A DNA stretch of 64,000 nt from the NCBI RefSeq assembly GCF_009914755.1, contig NC_060938.1, one strand, 5' to 3'. The position numbers and the translations under genes were made by a program. The notes below the pieces were generated by a model. It did no database searches. It had not been told where the DNA came from and saw only the letters and a list, made by a program, of their open reading frames with translations. The DNA comes from the human T2T-CHM13v2.0 reference genome, Homo sapiens. Positions 14,240 to 27,411 of this stretch are shown here, one piece after another; position 1 is the first letter of the stretch, and each line of letters begins with the position of its first letter.

Positions 14240-14641
14240 TGTGAACACTGGCCATCACCATTGGAACCGCTGTGAGTCTGGTTGAGACCCTGTGAACATC
14301 GGCCATCACCATTGGAACCGCAGTGAGTCTGGTTGAGCCCCTGTGAACATCGGCCATCACCATTGGAACTCCAGTGAGTCTGGTTGAGCCCCTGTGAACA
14401 TCGGCCATCACCATTGGAACTCCAGTGAGTCTGGTTGAGCCCCTGTGAACATCGGCCATCACCATTGGAACTCCAGTGAGTCTGGTTGAGCCCCTGTGAA
14501 CATCGGACATCACCATTGGAACTCCAGTGAGTCTGGTTGAGCCCCTGTGAACATCGGCCATCACCATTGGAACCGCAGTGAGTCTGGTTGAGCCCTTGGT
14601 GAACATTGGCCATCACCATTGGAACTGCAGTGAGTCTGGTT
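14240..14641. repeat. 51-bp minisatellite, about 7.8 copies
   Basis: gtgaac unit starts at 14241, 14292, 14343, 14394, 14445, 14496, 14547, 14599; unit gtgaacatcggccatcaccattggaac(tc/cg)cagtgagtctggttgagcccct. Confidence 0.98.
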
Positions 14642-15297
14642 CTGCATCTGTTTCCCTCTCATGCTGGGAGCTCTTTGAGGCAGGGGCTGGGGGTGGGGGA
14701 GTGGCACATCTATATCCTCTATTCCCACACATGGCTGGGTCCCCACTGGTGACTGGAGGTTTCTCCCTGAGTTTGAAGAGACTCTGCCCACCCAGCCAGC
14801 CAGGGGCCCTGCCCAGGGAATGGGTAGGGCTGAACTCTGCATCCACTTGTTTGTTTTTCTGAAAAAATACGCATCCTGGAGATGTAAGCTCTGGAAAGCT
14901 GTCTGCCACCTGGCCAAGGGGACCAGGAAAATCGAGTTGTTTATGGGGTTTACACACAGGAAGTCTTCCTCAGCACCTCAGGGTCCCAGCCCGGGATTCT
15001 GCTCAGCCCCCTGCAGGGGTCAGTTCTTTCCACCGAAAGGGGTTGGGGTGTCCCCAGGAGACTTTCCTGTGCTCTCTCCCTCCCATCCCCCACTCATCAC
15101 AGCACTGTAGGGGGCAGGGGAGGCTCCTCTCAGTGGCACAGTGGCCACACTGGCTGCAGGGTTTTTGTCCACCCCTGGGCAGGCCGAGGCCTCTGTACTT
15201 CCCCGGCAGGCGCACCCAGTGCTCAGCATGGGGCTGGCACCCCTCCATGTGTGCAGATGAATGCACGATGAGACAGATGGGAAGGGTGAACTTCACA

Positions 15298-15503
15298 CCA
15301 ACATGGTGAAACCCTTTCTCTAATAAAAATACAAAAATTAGCTGGATGTGGTGGCACATGCCTGTAATCCAAGCTACTCAGGAGGCTGAGGCAGGAGAAT
15401 TGCTTGAACTGGGAGGCGGAGGTTGCAGTGAGCCGAAATCATGCCAGTGCACTCCCGCCTGGGCAACAGAGCAAGACTCCATCTCAAAAAAAAAAAAGAA
15501 AAA
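15298..15503 (+). mobile_element. AluS lacking roughly its first 90 nt
   Basis: Starts at ccaacatggtgaaaccc; intact right arm and poly-A. Confidence 0.9.
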
Positions 15504-15645
15504 TATAAATGTAATGATGCATATATACTACTAATAAATCCAGCCCAGATTATAGTCATCTTTATACCAACACAGTTGTAAAATAGAATTTTTATTTTAT
15601 TTTTTTCTGGAGGAAGCGGCCCACAAAAGTCATAATGCAGCCCAG
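15504..15645 (+). mobile_element. hAT MITE (MER96B-like), one terminal part
   Basis: tctttataccaacacagttgtaaaatagaatttt...tggaggaagcggcccacaaaagtcataatgcagcccag matches the recalled consensus terminus. Confidence 0.7.
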
Positions 15646-15689
15646 AACAGGAAGCCCACGACGTACCCTCAGTGGGTTGGTAAATACCG

Positions 15690-16196
15690 CCCAGCTGCGG
15701 CAGTTGCTGGTGGGCCCTGCCCTGTGTCACCCCCACCTCCTCTGACCAGCCTGTGGCTGGGGCAAATCCATCCTGCCAATGCCTGGGCTTCCCACACAAG
15801 CACTCACTATATCTCAGTGTTTCTGCCACAGAACTTTCTAGAAAGCTGAGGTTGTTTTCACAGCCTGCAAGCAGGGACAGCAGGGAAGTGTGGCATTATT
15901 GCCCTGAGGACATCACCTGAAGGGAATGGGAGCACTGGGGACATGTCCTGGGCTCCCCTCCTCTGAGGGACAATCTGTGGTATGTTCCGCGTGGTTCTTC
16001 GAGGGTCCCCAGTGCACCTGGTGCAAGTCGCTCACAGCAGAGACCAGAGTGATGGTCACCTTGTTGGCTTCTTTCCCTCTTGTCTCACGCTCCTCATGCC
16101 TTCTTGCTCCCGGGATCACTTCCTTAGTCATTCACCTGCTCCAAGGCCCAACATCTTGTCTCCAGGCTCTGACTTCAGGGAACTCAAACCAAGACA
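15690..16196 (+). mobile_element. ERVL LTR (LTR16-like)
   Basis: 3' end cttgtctccaggctctgacttcagggaactcaaaccaagaca. Confidence 0.55.
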
Positions 16197-16332
16197 GCCC
16201 TTTATGGTTGGTTGTGGCCCAGGGCATCAGGAGACAGCGACCTATGGAGTCTCTCCACAGCTAGATGAGGCTGTCAGTTTGGTACCTTCTACAGAAAAAG
16301 CCTCGGCTGAGAAGGGGGCAAATTTATAGTTG

Positions 16333-16753
<421 letters not shown>

Positions 16754-19688
16754 TCAATGCTGGCCTCCTCTGTCTGTGAGCTCTCCTGAGCCTTTCGCCC
16801 CTTGAGACGTCAGCATGGCGCCATCTCAGGTCTCAGCCTACATGTCACCTCCCCTCAGAGGCCATCCTTTTATTATCTCCCACAGCATCCACTTCTGGCC
16901 CCTCACAGCACTAGCCACCCCTGCAATTACATGTGAGTTAATCTGCTTGGTTGAATGCCCATCTTCCCATCCTGACTGTAAGCAACAAGCAGGCAAGGAC
17001 GGGGTCTGTGTCATTCACCGCTGTGTCCCCAAGGCTCAGCAGGTGCATGAAAGGCTGTGCTTCCCAGAGCCCCTTCAGGGAGCAAGGACTTGTTCCCAGA
17101 GGCTGAGAGAGCCTGCAGCAGACAAGCTTCAGCTGCCTGCGCTTTTGTGGGAGAGCTCCCTTGCCCCAGGCCTCCCTCCTTCCAGGACAGCCTGCATCCG
17201 GTGACAGAACAACCTGGGTCTAAAGGCCCAGCCCTCTTGCCCCATCTGGGGCAGCTCTGACAGGTCATCCATCTGCAGAGCTCCTAATGGTGGGGGCTGG
17301 GGCCTCTGTTGGGCCCTCATCACAGCCCAATGTCTCCATCACCCAGTGCTGATCCTAGTGGCACCCCCACCAAACTTCATCTCCATCTCGGATTCTCCCT
17401 CCCCAGCATCCCCTGGAAACGATGACCTCTGAAGTTGTGGCCATAGTATAATATGTCAGAATGATGAGGTGGGTCTCTATCAAAAGGAACAGGCATTTAT
17501 TAGCAGTCTGCTGGCATTTTTCATTTGTATCCATGGAAGAGATTTTTTAATAGTGTTCCTTGAAGCCCCCTCGGGGCTATCATGAGGGGGCACTGAGGGA
17601 CTTTATTCTGAAAGGGTGATTCACGCACCTCCTCCTCCCCATTTCCATTCAAGCAGCTGTGCTCTATTCCAGTTATGCCCTGGGCATTTGCATCCAATTT
17701 CATTTGAAGAAAAGGCTCTGCCATTTTTAAAAAGTTTAAAAACCACTGACTTCAGTAATACAATAATGCTACTGATGATAGTGATAGCAAATATCCACCC
17801 AGGGTTTACCTGCGCCAGGCACGCTTGTCGTGAATTTGCTGATCGGGTCCTCGCGTCAATCCCACAAGGTTGGGCACAGTCACCACCCTCATCTTATCAT
17901 GCAGGAGACTGAGACACAAAGATGTTAAGTGACCTGTCCAAGGTCACACAGCTAAGAGCTGATAGAACTGGCTCTCTACTGGTGTTTTATAGCATTTGAT
18001 CCCAGAAGCTGATGAAGATGCCAGATTCAGGATCACAGTCTCTAGAACACAGCTAGTCACATCTCTCTTGAATCTGTTTACAGGAAAACACCAGCTTGTT
18101 TTTGAAAATCAGAAGCTGGGCAAGCTCTTTCTCTGCTCTTCACTGTTTCTTCTTTCCCTGTGGCAGAGAGGGGCAAGAATAAGCACCTACTCACTGTGTT
18201 TGAATCAGGGGTGGGAGCCAGGGAGAGGCAGAGAGCAAGGAAGACAGTAGTTGAGTTTTTAAAAAAATTATCCCAACAACTCTTTGAGAGTCCACACATG
18301 GGGAGACTGGAGAGGTGACTTGCCCAAGGGCATATGGAACACAGTGGCTTGCAGCCTGCAAGCCAGACCAGGGCTCTGTCCATTTGGCAGATGGCTTCTC
18401 TCGCGTTCAGAAACCTCCACAATGAAGATGAGACCTTGGTCCACTGCATGTGAAGACCCAATCAAAGTAGGGGGGACATTTGTCCTGACTGCACCACCTG
18501 GGCGCTGAGCTCTCAGGAAGCCCAGTGGGATCGTGCTGCCAAACTCCATCAAATCCAGTGTCCTAGTGTGGTTTATTCAGTGTTGAACTAAGGTCTTGAG
18601 GCCTCATCAAGGAAAAAGGCCAAAGTTTCTCAACTTCCCCAAAGAGAGATGCTTCAGCCGAGTTTGGCCTGCATTCTCCTCAAGGATCCAGGCACAGCAA
18701 TGATAACACTTGGGATTTCTGCCCGGCAGGCCTCACCCAGCTCCACCGGACTCTACCCAGGTTCCGATTTAGCTCGGAGCTCCACAACTCAGGGGCTGTG
18801 TTAGGGGGCAGGCCTTGGGGGTTCCCAGGGAGGAGGGCCCACCTTCAGCCTCCTTTCCTGCATACAAATGTGGAGCAGAAAAGAAGTTGCCTTATCTAGA
18901 ACACTTAGCCAGTCATTGGGTTAGAAAAATGGGAAGAGACTTAACTCCTGCAGGCTGTCACTTCCATTTTATTTGAATGTCTCTTTTCTTGCATTCTCTG
19001 CCCACCCTGGCAGGGTTATGGCTTCTGTGGCATTCTTATACGATGATACAGGGATGTTTTATTCACGGAATCCCTCTCCGGGAAGAATTGTATGTGCTGG
19101 GGACCGTTCAATGAGGAAGGCTGGTTGAATGGGACATGAACCAGCTTTCTGGTCAACCTCATTGTTTCCCACTGGAGTGTATCTAATTTCAGAAAAAGAT
19201 AAATAAGCCTGAGGTTTTGAGTGGGCTGTGTCACCTCTTCTTGGGCAGATGTGTGATTTCTGTAAGGCCTTGGCCATATTCAAATTAGGGGAACCCTACC
19301 TCCATCCCCTACACACACTCCTGTCTTGATGGCCCTCCTGGGGACAAGGTAGCCCAGGTGGGAACACTGGTCCCTATAATCCCGAAGGAACCATCAACTG
19401 GGGGACATCCTGCAAAGCCAGGACACTGCATTCTATGCACTATTTCCCCATGGACTAGAGACCCCTCGAGGGCAGTGGCCTGCGGCACAGCAGGTCTAGG
19501 CCCTCCTCCCAGCCTGCCCTGGCTGAGCTGCTGCACTCAAGACTGATGCACTCGTCTGGCTGCCTCAGGCTGCAGTCTGAGCTATTCCCATAGGAATCAC
19601 GGTACCTCTCTCCCTAAAACCTGGATTCCTCACCTGATAAACGGGGATGGCTGGCCCAGTTTTCTCTCCCTCATTTATTCAAGAATTT

Positions 19689-19990
19689 GGCTGGGCACAA
19701 TGGCTCACGCCTGTAATCTCAAAGTTTTTAGAGACCGAGGCGGGAGGATCACTTGAGGTCAGGAGTTCAAGACCAGCCTGGCCAGTGTGGTGAAACCCCA
19801 TCTCCACTAAAAATACAAAAATTAGCCGGGTGTGGTGGCACATGCCTGTAATCCCAGCCACTCGGGAGGCTGAAGCAGAAGAACCCGTTGGCCCGGGAGG
19901 CGGGGGTTGCAGTGAGCGGAGATCACGCCACTGCATTCCAGCCTGGGTGACAGAGTGAAACTCCATCTCAAAAAAGAAAAAACAAAAAAA
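19689..19990 (+). mobile_element. AluSx-like
   Basis: Full dimer; TSD aagaattt. Confidence 0.93.
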
Positions 19991-20197
19991 GAATTTGTGG
20001 CCCTTTCACAGTGTGCAGGCACTATGTGGTTGTGACCTGGGGTGGGGAGCATGGTGGTGACAGAGACAGGAACCCAGGCTGCCCAAAACAGGAAGGCATC
20101 ACGTCATCATTTCATGCTTACGCTTTATCATCTCAGAGCAGTGTTGGGTCCAAGGGCCCCTGGTATCACTTCCAAGACTTAATGTAACCCCCAAATT

Positions 20198-20720
20198 TTC
20201 ATTCATTCCACAAACATTTCCTGATCCCCTTCTATGTGCCAAGCACCATTCCAGGCAGCAGAGATACAGTCCCGAGTAAATCAGACACAAAAACAAAATA
20301 AATAAGTAGATGAAACAAATATGTATTATGGGTGAGATTGTACGTTATAAAGTGATCATAGTATTTACGTTGTGAGTGATAGGGAGTGTAATAGTATATG
20401 AGGAAGGGATAGAAACTACATGAAAAAGTAAAAACAAAGGGGGTGCTGGGAGAGGTGGGGGTGTGGGTATAGATATGGTGGTCAGGGAAGACCTCCCTGA
20501 GAAGGTGGTGTTTGAACAGACTCCAAGCAGATGAAAGAGTGAGCTACTCAGATACCTGGAGGACGTGCGTTCTAAGCAGAAGGAACAGCATGCACACATG
20601 GCAGAAAAGCATCTGGCAGGTTTGAGAAATAGCAAAGAGCTCAGTGAAACTTAACCAGAAGCAGGAAATGAGGCCAATCTGAGAGATAATGGGACCAGAT
20701 CATGCCCAGCTTTGCAGCCC
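20198..20720 (-). mobile_element. L2 3' fragment
   Basis: ttcattcattccacaaacattt...tatgtgccaagcac; gtggtcagggaagacctccctgagaaggtggtgtttgaacaga. Confidence 0.7.
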
Positions 20721-20909
20721 TTGTGGTGATGTTGGCTTTTGCTCTGTCTTTCAGCTACTCAGTCTTCCCACAAGCCACAGAGAGAGGTAAGAAAGGGAAT
20801 GTTCCAGCCCTGGGCTAGCTGCTCTTACCACGTCACCTTCCCATGGAAGGTCAGAGCCTGGGAGAAACCTTCGTGGAAGTCCAGCCTGCCTCTGTTCTCC
20901 ACTGCCCTA

Positions 20910-21290
20910 AATCAGGTCTCCGGGGAGACCAACTCTGAGACAGAGACATGGATGCAGGGGGGTTGCTGATGGTGCTCCTGGGAGTCACGAAGAATCCCTA
21001 TGGGGGCATGAGGGAAGAGGACTGGCGGAGGGAAATGTCGAGTAGTGATGCAGCCACAACAAAGGCCTTGGCCAGATTCTGCATGGAGTTCTGGAGCTGG
21101 GGTGGCCCCGTAGAGAGCCTTTAGATGTGGGCTGTCCCCCAGGAGGGGGCACAACTTGAGGCAAAGCCACTCCCTTACTGAGGGCAAGTTCTGGAGAGGG
21201 ACTCACAGAGAACCATTGGCTCCAACTCTCCCGGCAGCTGGCAAATGAGTGCCTCGTATCTGTAGGGTGCTCTAGTCTGCACTCCTAATG
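20910..21290. mobile_element. ERVL LTR (LTR33/LTR16-like) remnant
   Basis: Diverged similarity (actctgagacagaga...gggagt...ggagttctggagctgggg). Confidence 0.4.
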
Positions 21291-21548
21291 TCCACTTTAC
21301 CTACTATGTTTGCATCCTCCTATACCAGGTGGGCCCCTGCCTCTCCTTGCACACCTCCAGCATGCACAGGAAGCTCAGTAAGGGAGCCAAGGGACCCTGT
21401 CCAACTCAGACAGCTGGGACCATAGAAGAGTCGTCATGGTTGCAGGAGAACCTGCTCAGCCCTAGCGCCCTAGCTGCATGGCTTGGGTGAGGTACTTTAA
21501 CCTTGAGGAACCCCCAGGCTCCAGGTACTGTGGAGTGGAGATAGTCAT

Positions 21549-22411
21549 TGTTGTTGGCTGACACTTGCTATAGTTTGAATATTTGTCCTCTCCAAAACTC
21601 ATGTTGGAATTTAATCCCCAATATGGTAATATTGAAGGTGGGACTTTTAAGAAGTGATTAGGTGATGAGGGCTGTGCCCTCATTCATGGATTCATCCATT
21701 CACAGATTAATAGGTTAATGGATTCATGGGATATTATGGGAGTGGAACTGGTGGCTTTATAGGAAGAGAGATCTCAGCTGGCACATGAGCACACTCAGCC
21801 CTCTCTCCGTGTGATGCCCTGAGCTGCCTCGGGACTCTGCCAAGAGTCCTCACCAGCAAGAAGGCCCTCACCAGATGCATCCTCTTGATCTTGAACTCTC
21901 AGCCTCCGTAACTGTAAGAAATGTATTTTCTTTATAAATTACCCAGTTTCCAGTACTCTATTATAAGCAACAGGAAACAGACTAAGACAAATCCCCAAAG
22001 ATGTCCATGTCCTAATCCCCAGGACCTGTGAACATGTTAGGTTATATGGTGGCAAAAGAGACTTTATAGAGGTCTCTGTAAGGATCTTGACAAGGGAGAG
22101 TAGCCTGGATTATCCAGCTGGGTTCAATACAATCAAAAGTATCCCTATGGAGGGAGGCAGAGAAGGCAGAATTCCAAGACTGGAAGATGCTACATTGCTG
22201 GCTTTGAAGAAGGAGGATGGGGCCACCAGCCAAGGAATGCAGGGAGCCTCTAGAAATTAGAAAAGGCAAGGCAACAGATTCTCCCCTAAAGCCTCCAGAA
22301 AGAACCCACACCTTGATTTTAGGACTTCTTAATACTGTAAGATAATAAATTTGTCTTGCTTTAAGCACTAAGTTTGTGGTAATTGGTTACAGCAACAATA
22401 GGAAACTAATA
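21549..22411 (+). mobile_element. MLT1C/D-type LTR with a nested MST LTR
   Basis: ccccaaagatgtccatgtcctaatcccc...gccaaggaatgcagg...ggttacagcaacaataggaaactaata. Confidence 0.8.
21566..21989 (+). mobile_element. MST (MSTB/C-type) solo LTR
   Basis: tgctatagtttgaatatttgtcc ... ttataagcaacaggaaacagactaagaca, TG...CA ends. Confidence 0.88.
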
Positions 22412-23088
22412 GTTGAAACTAATGCAGGATTTTCACAAGGGTTGGCATTCATCATAAATTTATATAATAATATTAGTGGCATAATATAAGCTCTGAAACA
22501 TAAATTAGTTCATAAATGTCTGCATCTTTTCCTCTTCCTCACACTGAGTTAACCCCCCTGCCTACAGCTCCCACTATCCGTCCTGACAAGGCCCTTTGGC
22601 CCTGGGGTCACCAAAGCAGCTGTAAAGACCAGTCCACAAAATCGGGAGTATAAGAATATCATGCTTCTATTTCCACAAATCATCTTAGTTCTCATTCAGT
22701 ACCCCTTCCACTAAATTCCCATCTCATTATTTCTTTTTTAAAAAATGGTTTGTTTGGTTTTTTTCTGAATTACGTACATGCACAAATACAAAAGTTTGCA
22801 GTGAATGGCAAACCCCTCTTCCACTCCTTTACCCCAGTCACCTCCCTAAAGGTAGCCTGCATCCACCTGGAGAGCCCAGGTGCCTTCTCGAAGTCCTGGA
22901 ATTGGTTAATAGTGGTGGTTTGCATGGACCCAAGTCTCTCAATCCACAGCAAGCCAACACATCTTGAAAGGCAAACCATATCCTGACTTGATTTGGGTTG
23001 GGTGGTATTATTTAGTCAAGTCATTTGTTCATGCAACATTAAAACCCTGATGAATATCAGGTCAAGGATGAAAGGATAGGCACCCAAA

Positions 23089-23924
23089 GAGCTCTACATT
23101 TGACACGTGGCCAGTGCAGTGGAGGTGTGTTGTCAGGGTAGAACACATGGGAATTTGAAGACCAAACAAAAGAATGGATAAAAGAATGGAAAATATCTTG
23201 TTAATAGTTTTTTACATAGATTATATGTTAAAGCAATAATATATTGGTTATCGTGGGTTAAACTATATTACTAAAACTAGTTTCATGTGTTTCTTTTTAC
23301 CTTTTTTTTTTTTTTTTTTTTTGAGATGGAGTCTCGCTCTGTCGCCAGGCTAGAGTGCAGTGGTGTGATCTTGGCTCACTGTAACCTCCACCCCAACCTC
23401 CCGCCTGAGTTCTAGGGATTCTCCTGCCTGGGCCTCCCAAGTAGCTGGGATTATAGGTGCCCACCACCATGCCCAGTTAATTTTTGTGTTTTTAGTAGGG
23501 ATGGGGTTTCACCATGTTGGCCAGGAAGGTCTCTATCTCTTGACCTCATGATCCTCCCACCTCAGCCTCCCAAAGTGCTGGGATTACAGGCATGAGCCAC
23601 CATGCCCAGCCTCTTTTACCTTTTTTTATGTGCCTACTAGAAAATATATGGCTGTATTCGTTCGCTAGAGCTACCGTCACAAAGTACTGCCAGTTGGATG
23701 GCTTAGACAACAGAAATTTGTTATCTCAAGTTCTGCAGGCTGGAAGTCTAAGTTCAAGGTGTGGGCAGGGTTGTGTCCTTCTGAAGCTGTGAGGGAGGAC
23801 CAGTTGCAGGCCCCTCCCCCAGCTGCTGGTGGTCACTGGCCTTCCTTAGCAATCAGAAGCATCACCACAATCTCTGCCTTCACGCTCACGTGGCATTCTC
23901 CCTATGTACTATCTGTATCCAAAT
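23089..23924 (+). repeat. Local duplicate, copy 1 (MER33 fragment + antisense AluS 23302-23611 + MLT1 fragment)
   Basis: About 99% identical to 26579-27411 by manual comparison. Confidence 0.97.
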
Positions 23925-24251
23925 GACCCCTGGAAGACCCCAGTCCAGTGGGGGAACAGGCACAGGGCAAACAATGGCCACAACATGCCCCTGGTGCTCT
24001 TGTTAGGAGTTGGGGAGGAGGAGGGAAGTGGGGAGCAGGCCAGGGAGAATTTATAGAGAAGCTGCTCTAGCCAAATCTAGAGAGGCGAGTCACTGCTTGC
24101 CAGGCAGAGCTGGTGGAGAAGGAACTCTGGGCTGAAGTAGCAGCCATGCCAAGTCCTAGAAGCTACTGCAGCCTGGTTCTACCTTAAAATGTGATAAGCA
24201 GAGGCTGAGGCTCCCTGAGGCTGTAACTGGGAGGGAGGTACAAATGGGAGG

Positions 24252-24433
24252 GACCTCCGAGGCAGCACAGGGAAAAGAGGAGCTCACCGTAGGATCTCAC
24301 TTCCTCCTGCCTGAGACCTTCGAGGCAGCACAGGGAAAAGAGGGGCTCGCCGTAGCATCTTACTTCCTCCGCCTGAGACCTCCGAGGCAGCACAAGGAGA
24401 AGAGGGGCTCGCCGTACGATCTCGCTTTCTCCC
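24252..24433. repeat. 62-63 bp tandem repeat, about 2.9 copies
   Basis: gacct(c/t)cgaggcagcaca at 24252, 24315, 24377. Confidence 0.95.
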
Positions 24434-25929
24434 GCTGCCTTGTTGGGGTGAGCCTGTCCTCACAGTCAACTGCATTGGCTCAGTGTTCATCCAAAGGATT
24501 CCTCAGCCAAGAGGATGAAGTTCAACAGAAGAACATCCTCAAGTTAATAAGAAGATAGGGCCAACTAAAAGAAAAAAAGAAAGGAGGAAAATGTGGATAA
24601 AATAGAAAGAGTGAAAATAACATTAAAGTTAAGTACCTGGATCATCGAAGTTTAAAACTCAAATCTCTTTCACTCATCTGTCAAATCAGGTTATTAATAC
24701 CTGTGGGGCAAAACTGCAGTGGGAAGTCCTGAAGCAAAGCATCAGCATGTGCCTGTTCCACAGCAGACGCTTCATAACAGGGTGGCTGTCATTACCAAGG
24801 CAGACCGCAGACAGCTACAGCTTAATCGAAGAGTTGAAAGGAGACTGTGAGAAGATAAAACTGTGAAAACTGTGAAATATGGTTCAATGATTCAAAAGAG
24901 ACCAAATCACCAGTGTAATCACTTAGGCCCCAGGAGAAAAAGGTATAAAACCCAAACTAGAGTTTTGTTTTTTCCTGTTTTTGCTTGTTTGTTTGTTTTT
25001 TTGTTTTGGTTTGGTTTGGTTAAAAATGAAGCAGTGGACGTCATGCAGACACAACTGGTGTTCCCCAAGGTAAGGTCACTTCCCAGAGCTGCAGATCTCT
25101 GTTGGCTCTGCAAGGGCTGTCCCAGGGAGAGGGGAGGGAGCAGCGTGGAAGGCAGGACTCTTGGCTACCCACCCTTCCATCCCCACTTAGGATTAGGTAG
25201 AGGGAGAAGACAGGTCCTTCAGAACAGGCCCAGGGAGCTACCAGCCAGCTCCCTCTGCAGCACTCTTGGCTCAGCACACCAGATGCAGGGCCCCTCGGTG
25301 GAGCTTCAGACGCTACCAGCTTCTCTCTGCTGCAGCCCAGGGGACACCACAAACGTCCCCAACTGAGCCTACAACATTATCAGAAGAGGCAGAGGGCAGA
25401 CCCCATTGAAAAGCCCTCCTGAGTGACCCTACACATCCTAACTGAGCCATTTTGGGAGGTAACGGGCTCCCTCAGCGCACACTCACAGAGACCTCCCACT
25501 GGGCAGGTGTCCCTTGGCTCTGATGCCCCAGGGTTTGGGGCCAAATCACTGTCCCCTGTTCCCAATTCTAGACCGTTTGACCTTACCATCGACTGTCATC
25601 TTTCTCCTTAAGGATACTCAGACAGAGGTGCTGTCTACACACGACCACCTCTTCCCCACAAGCAGACTGCTATGGCTATTGGAAGGGAGGCAGGCAGGGT
25701 GTCCAAAGGAATTCAGCTGTGGCCTTGACAACCCCCAGCAAGTCCTGCCCCCCTCTGTAGGCCTCAGTTTCCCCAGTTGCCAAACAAAAAGGATAAACCT
25801 CAGCTTTGCCCTCTCCAACTCTCTGAGTCAGCAGACAAGCCCGTCTGACACCCCTTTTCCTTTATTACACAGGAACAAACACATGCTGCCCCTATTTCTG
25901 AGGCAGATAGCCCCTAACTGGGTATACAG

Positions 25930-26038
25930 TGGAGTGACCAACCACCCCAGTTTGCCTGGGACTGAAGGTTTCCCAGGTGTGAGACTTTCAGCACCAAATC
26001 TAACAGTCCCAGGCAAGCCGGGTAAGTTGGTCCCCCTG
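25930..26038. mobile_element. MER81-like hAT-Blackjack MITE
   Basis: gtgaccaaccaccccagtttgcctgggactg ... cagtcccaggcaagccgggtaagttggtccc, long terminal inverted repeats. Confidence 0.8.
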
Positions 26039-26578
26039 CCACAAGAGTAGGATCATCTTTTTCCCCCTCATCTGCATTTCCAGAGGGAAAAAAAAACACC
26101 GTCTCCTGGCTGGTTTTCTCAGGTTAGTTCATTACCACCAACTCTTTTAGGGGGAAGATGACAGAAAATAAAGCCTTTGCCTGAGGTCAGATTCATAGCA
26201 GTAGCCTCTTCACCATAAGAGGAAAAGATGAAAACTCATGGATGCAATCACATATGAGGTTAAAAAAAAAAAAAAACCCACATGCACACCTATACCCACA
26301 CCCCGAGGGCCGGGGCAGACAGAAGCCTGCCAGAGCTGAGCAAGGCCAGGGCGGAGGGTGTAGCACACTGCAGCAGTTAGAGAAACAGAGGGCTCTTAGC
26401 CCCAAGTGTTCCGGCTGGCCTTGGCCTTCTGTAGCTGAAGGGCTGGACAAGAAAAGGGAATCGAGACTTCCCTGAGGCCCCAGACACAGGCCTGCATTCA
26501 TATGGAGAGGGATTCAGATCCGCAGGACCTGCCTGGCCAGCCTGTCAGCCACGGAGCGGGTGACAACTCATAGCTTGT

Positions 26579-27411
26579 GAGCTCCACATTTGACACGTGG
26601 CCAGTGCAATGGAGGTGTGTTGTCAGGGTAGAACACATGGGAATTTGAAGACCAAACAAAAGAATGGATAAAAGAATGGAAAATATCTTGTTAATAGTTT
26701 TTTACATAGATTATATGTTAAAGCAATAATATATTGGTTATCGTGGGTTAAACTATGTTACTAAAATTAGTTTCATGTGTTTCTTTTTACCTTTTTTTTT
26801 TTTTTTTTTGAGATGGAGTCTCGCTCTGTCGCCAGGCTAGAGTGCAGTGGTGTGATCTTGGCTCACTGTAACCTCCACCCCAACCTCCTGCCTGAGTTCT
26901 AGGGATTCTCCTGCCTGGGCCTCCCAAATAGCTGGGATTATAGGTGCCCACCACCATGCCCAGTTAATTTTTGTGTTTTTAGTAGGGATGGGGTTTCACC
27001 ATGTTGGCCAGGAAGATCTCTATCTCTTGACCTCATGATCCTCCCACCTCAGCCTCCCAAAGTGCTGGGATTACGGGCATGAGCCACCATGCCCAGCCTC
27101 TTTTACCTTTTTTTATGTGCCTACTAGAAAATATATGGCTGTATTCGTTCGCTAGAGCTACCGTCACAAAGTACTGCCAGTTGGATGGCTTAGACAACAG
27201 AAATTTGTTATCTCAAGTTCTGCAGGCTGGAAGTCTAAGTTCAAGGTGTGGGCAGGGTTGTGTCCTTCTGAAGCTGTGAGGGAGGACCAGTTGCAGGCCC
27301 CTCCCCCAGCTGCTGGTGGTCACTGGCCTTCCTTAGCAATCAGAAGCATCACCACAATCTCTGCCTTCACGCTCACGTGGCATTCTCCCTATGTACTATC
27401 TGTATCCAAAT
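26579..27411 (+). repeat. Local duplicate, copy 2 (probable source; antisense AluS 26792-27098 inside MER33)
   Basis: Near-identical to 23089-23924; the MLT1 continues past the end of homology only here. Confidence 0.97.

Noticed and set aside
14240-14641. CRISPR-like array or repeat-protein gene (174 aa and 148 aa ORFs)
   Set aside because: Units are contiguous with no unique spacers, there are no cas genes and the DNA is eukaryotic; open frames follow from the 51-nt period
23089-23924. L1 3' transduction as origin of the duplicate (the source ends at the TSD of the L1 at 27423)
   Set aside because: That L1 is an old ~520 bp truncated copy with no promoter, and the duplicate has no poly-A tail or TSD
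23592-27279. Two identical 66-aa ORFs as duplicated genes
   Set aside because: They span an Alu/MER33/MLT1 junction and are identical only because the DNA is duplicated
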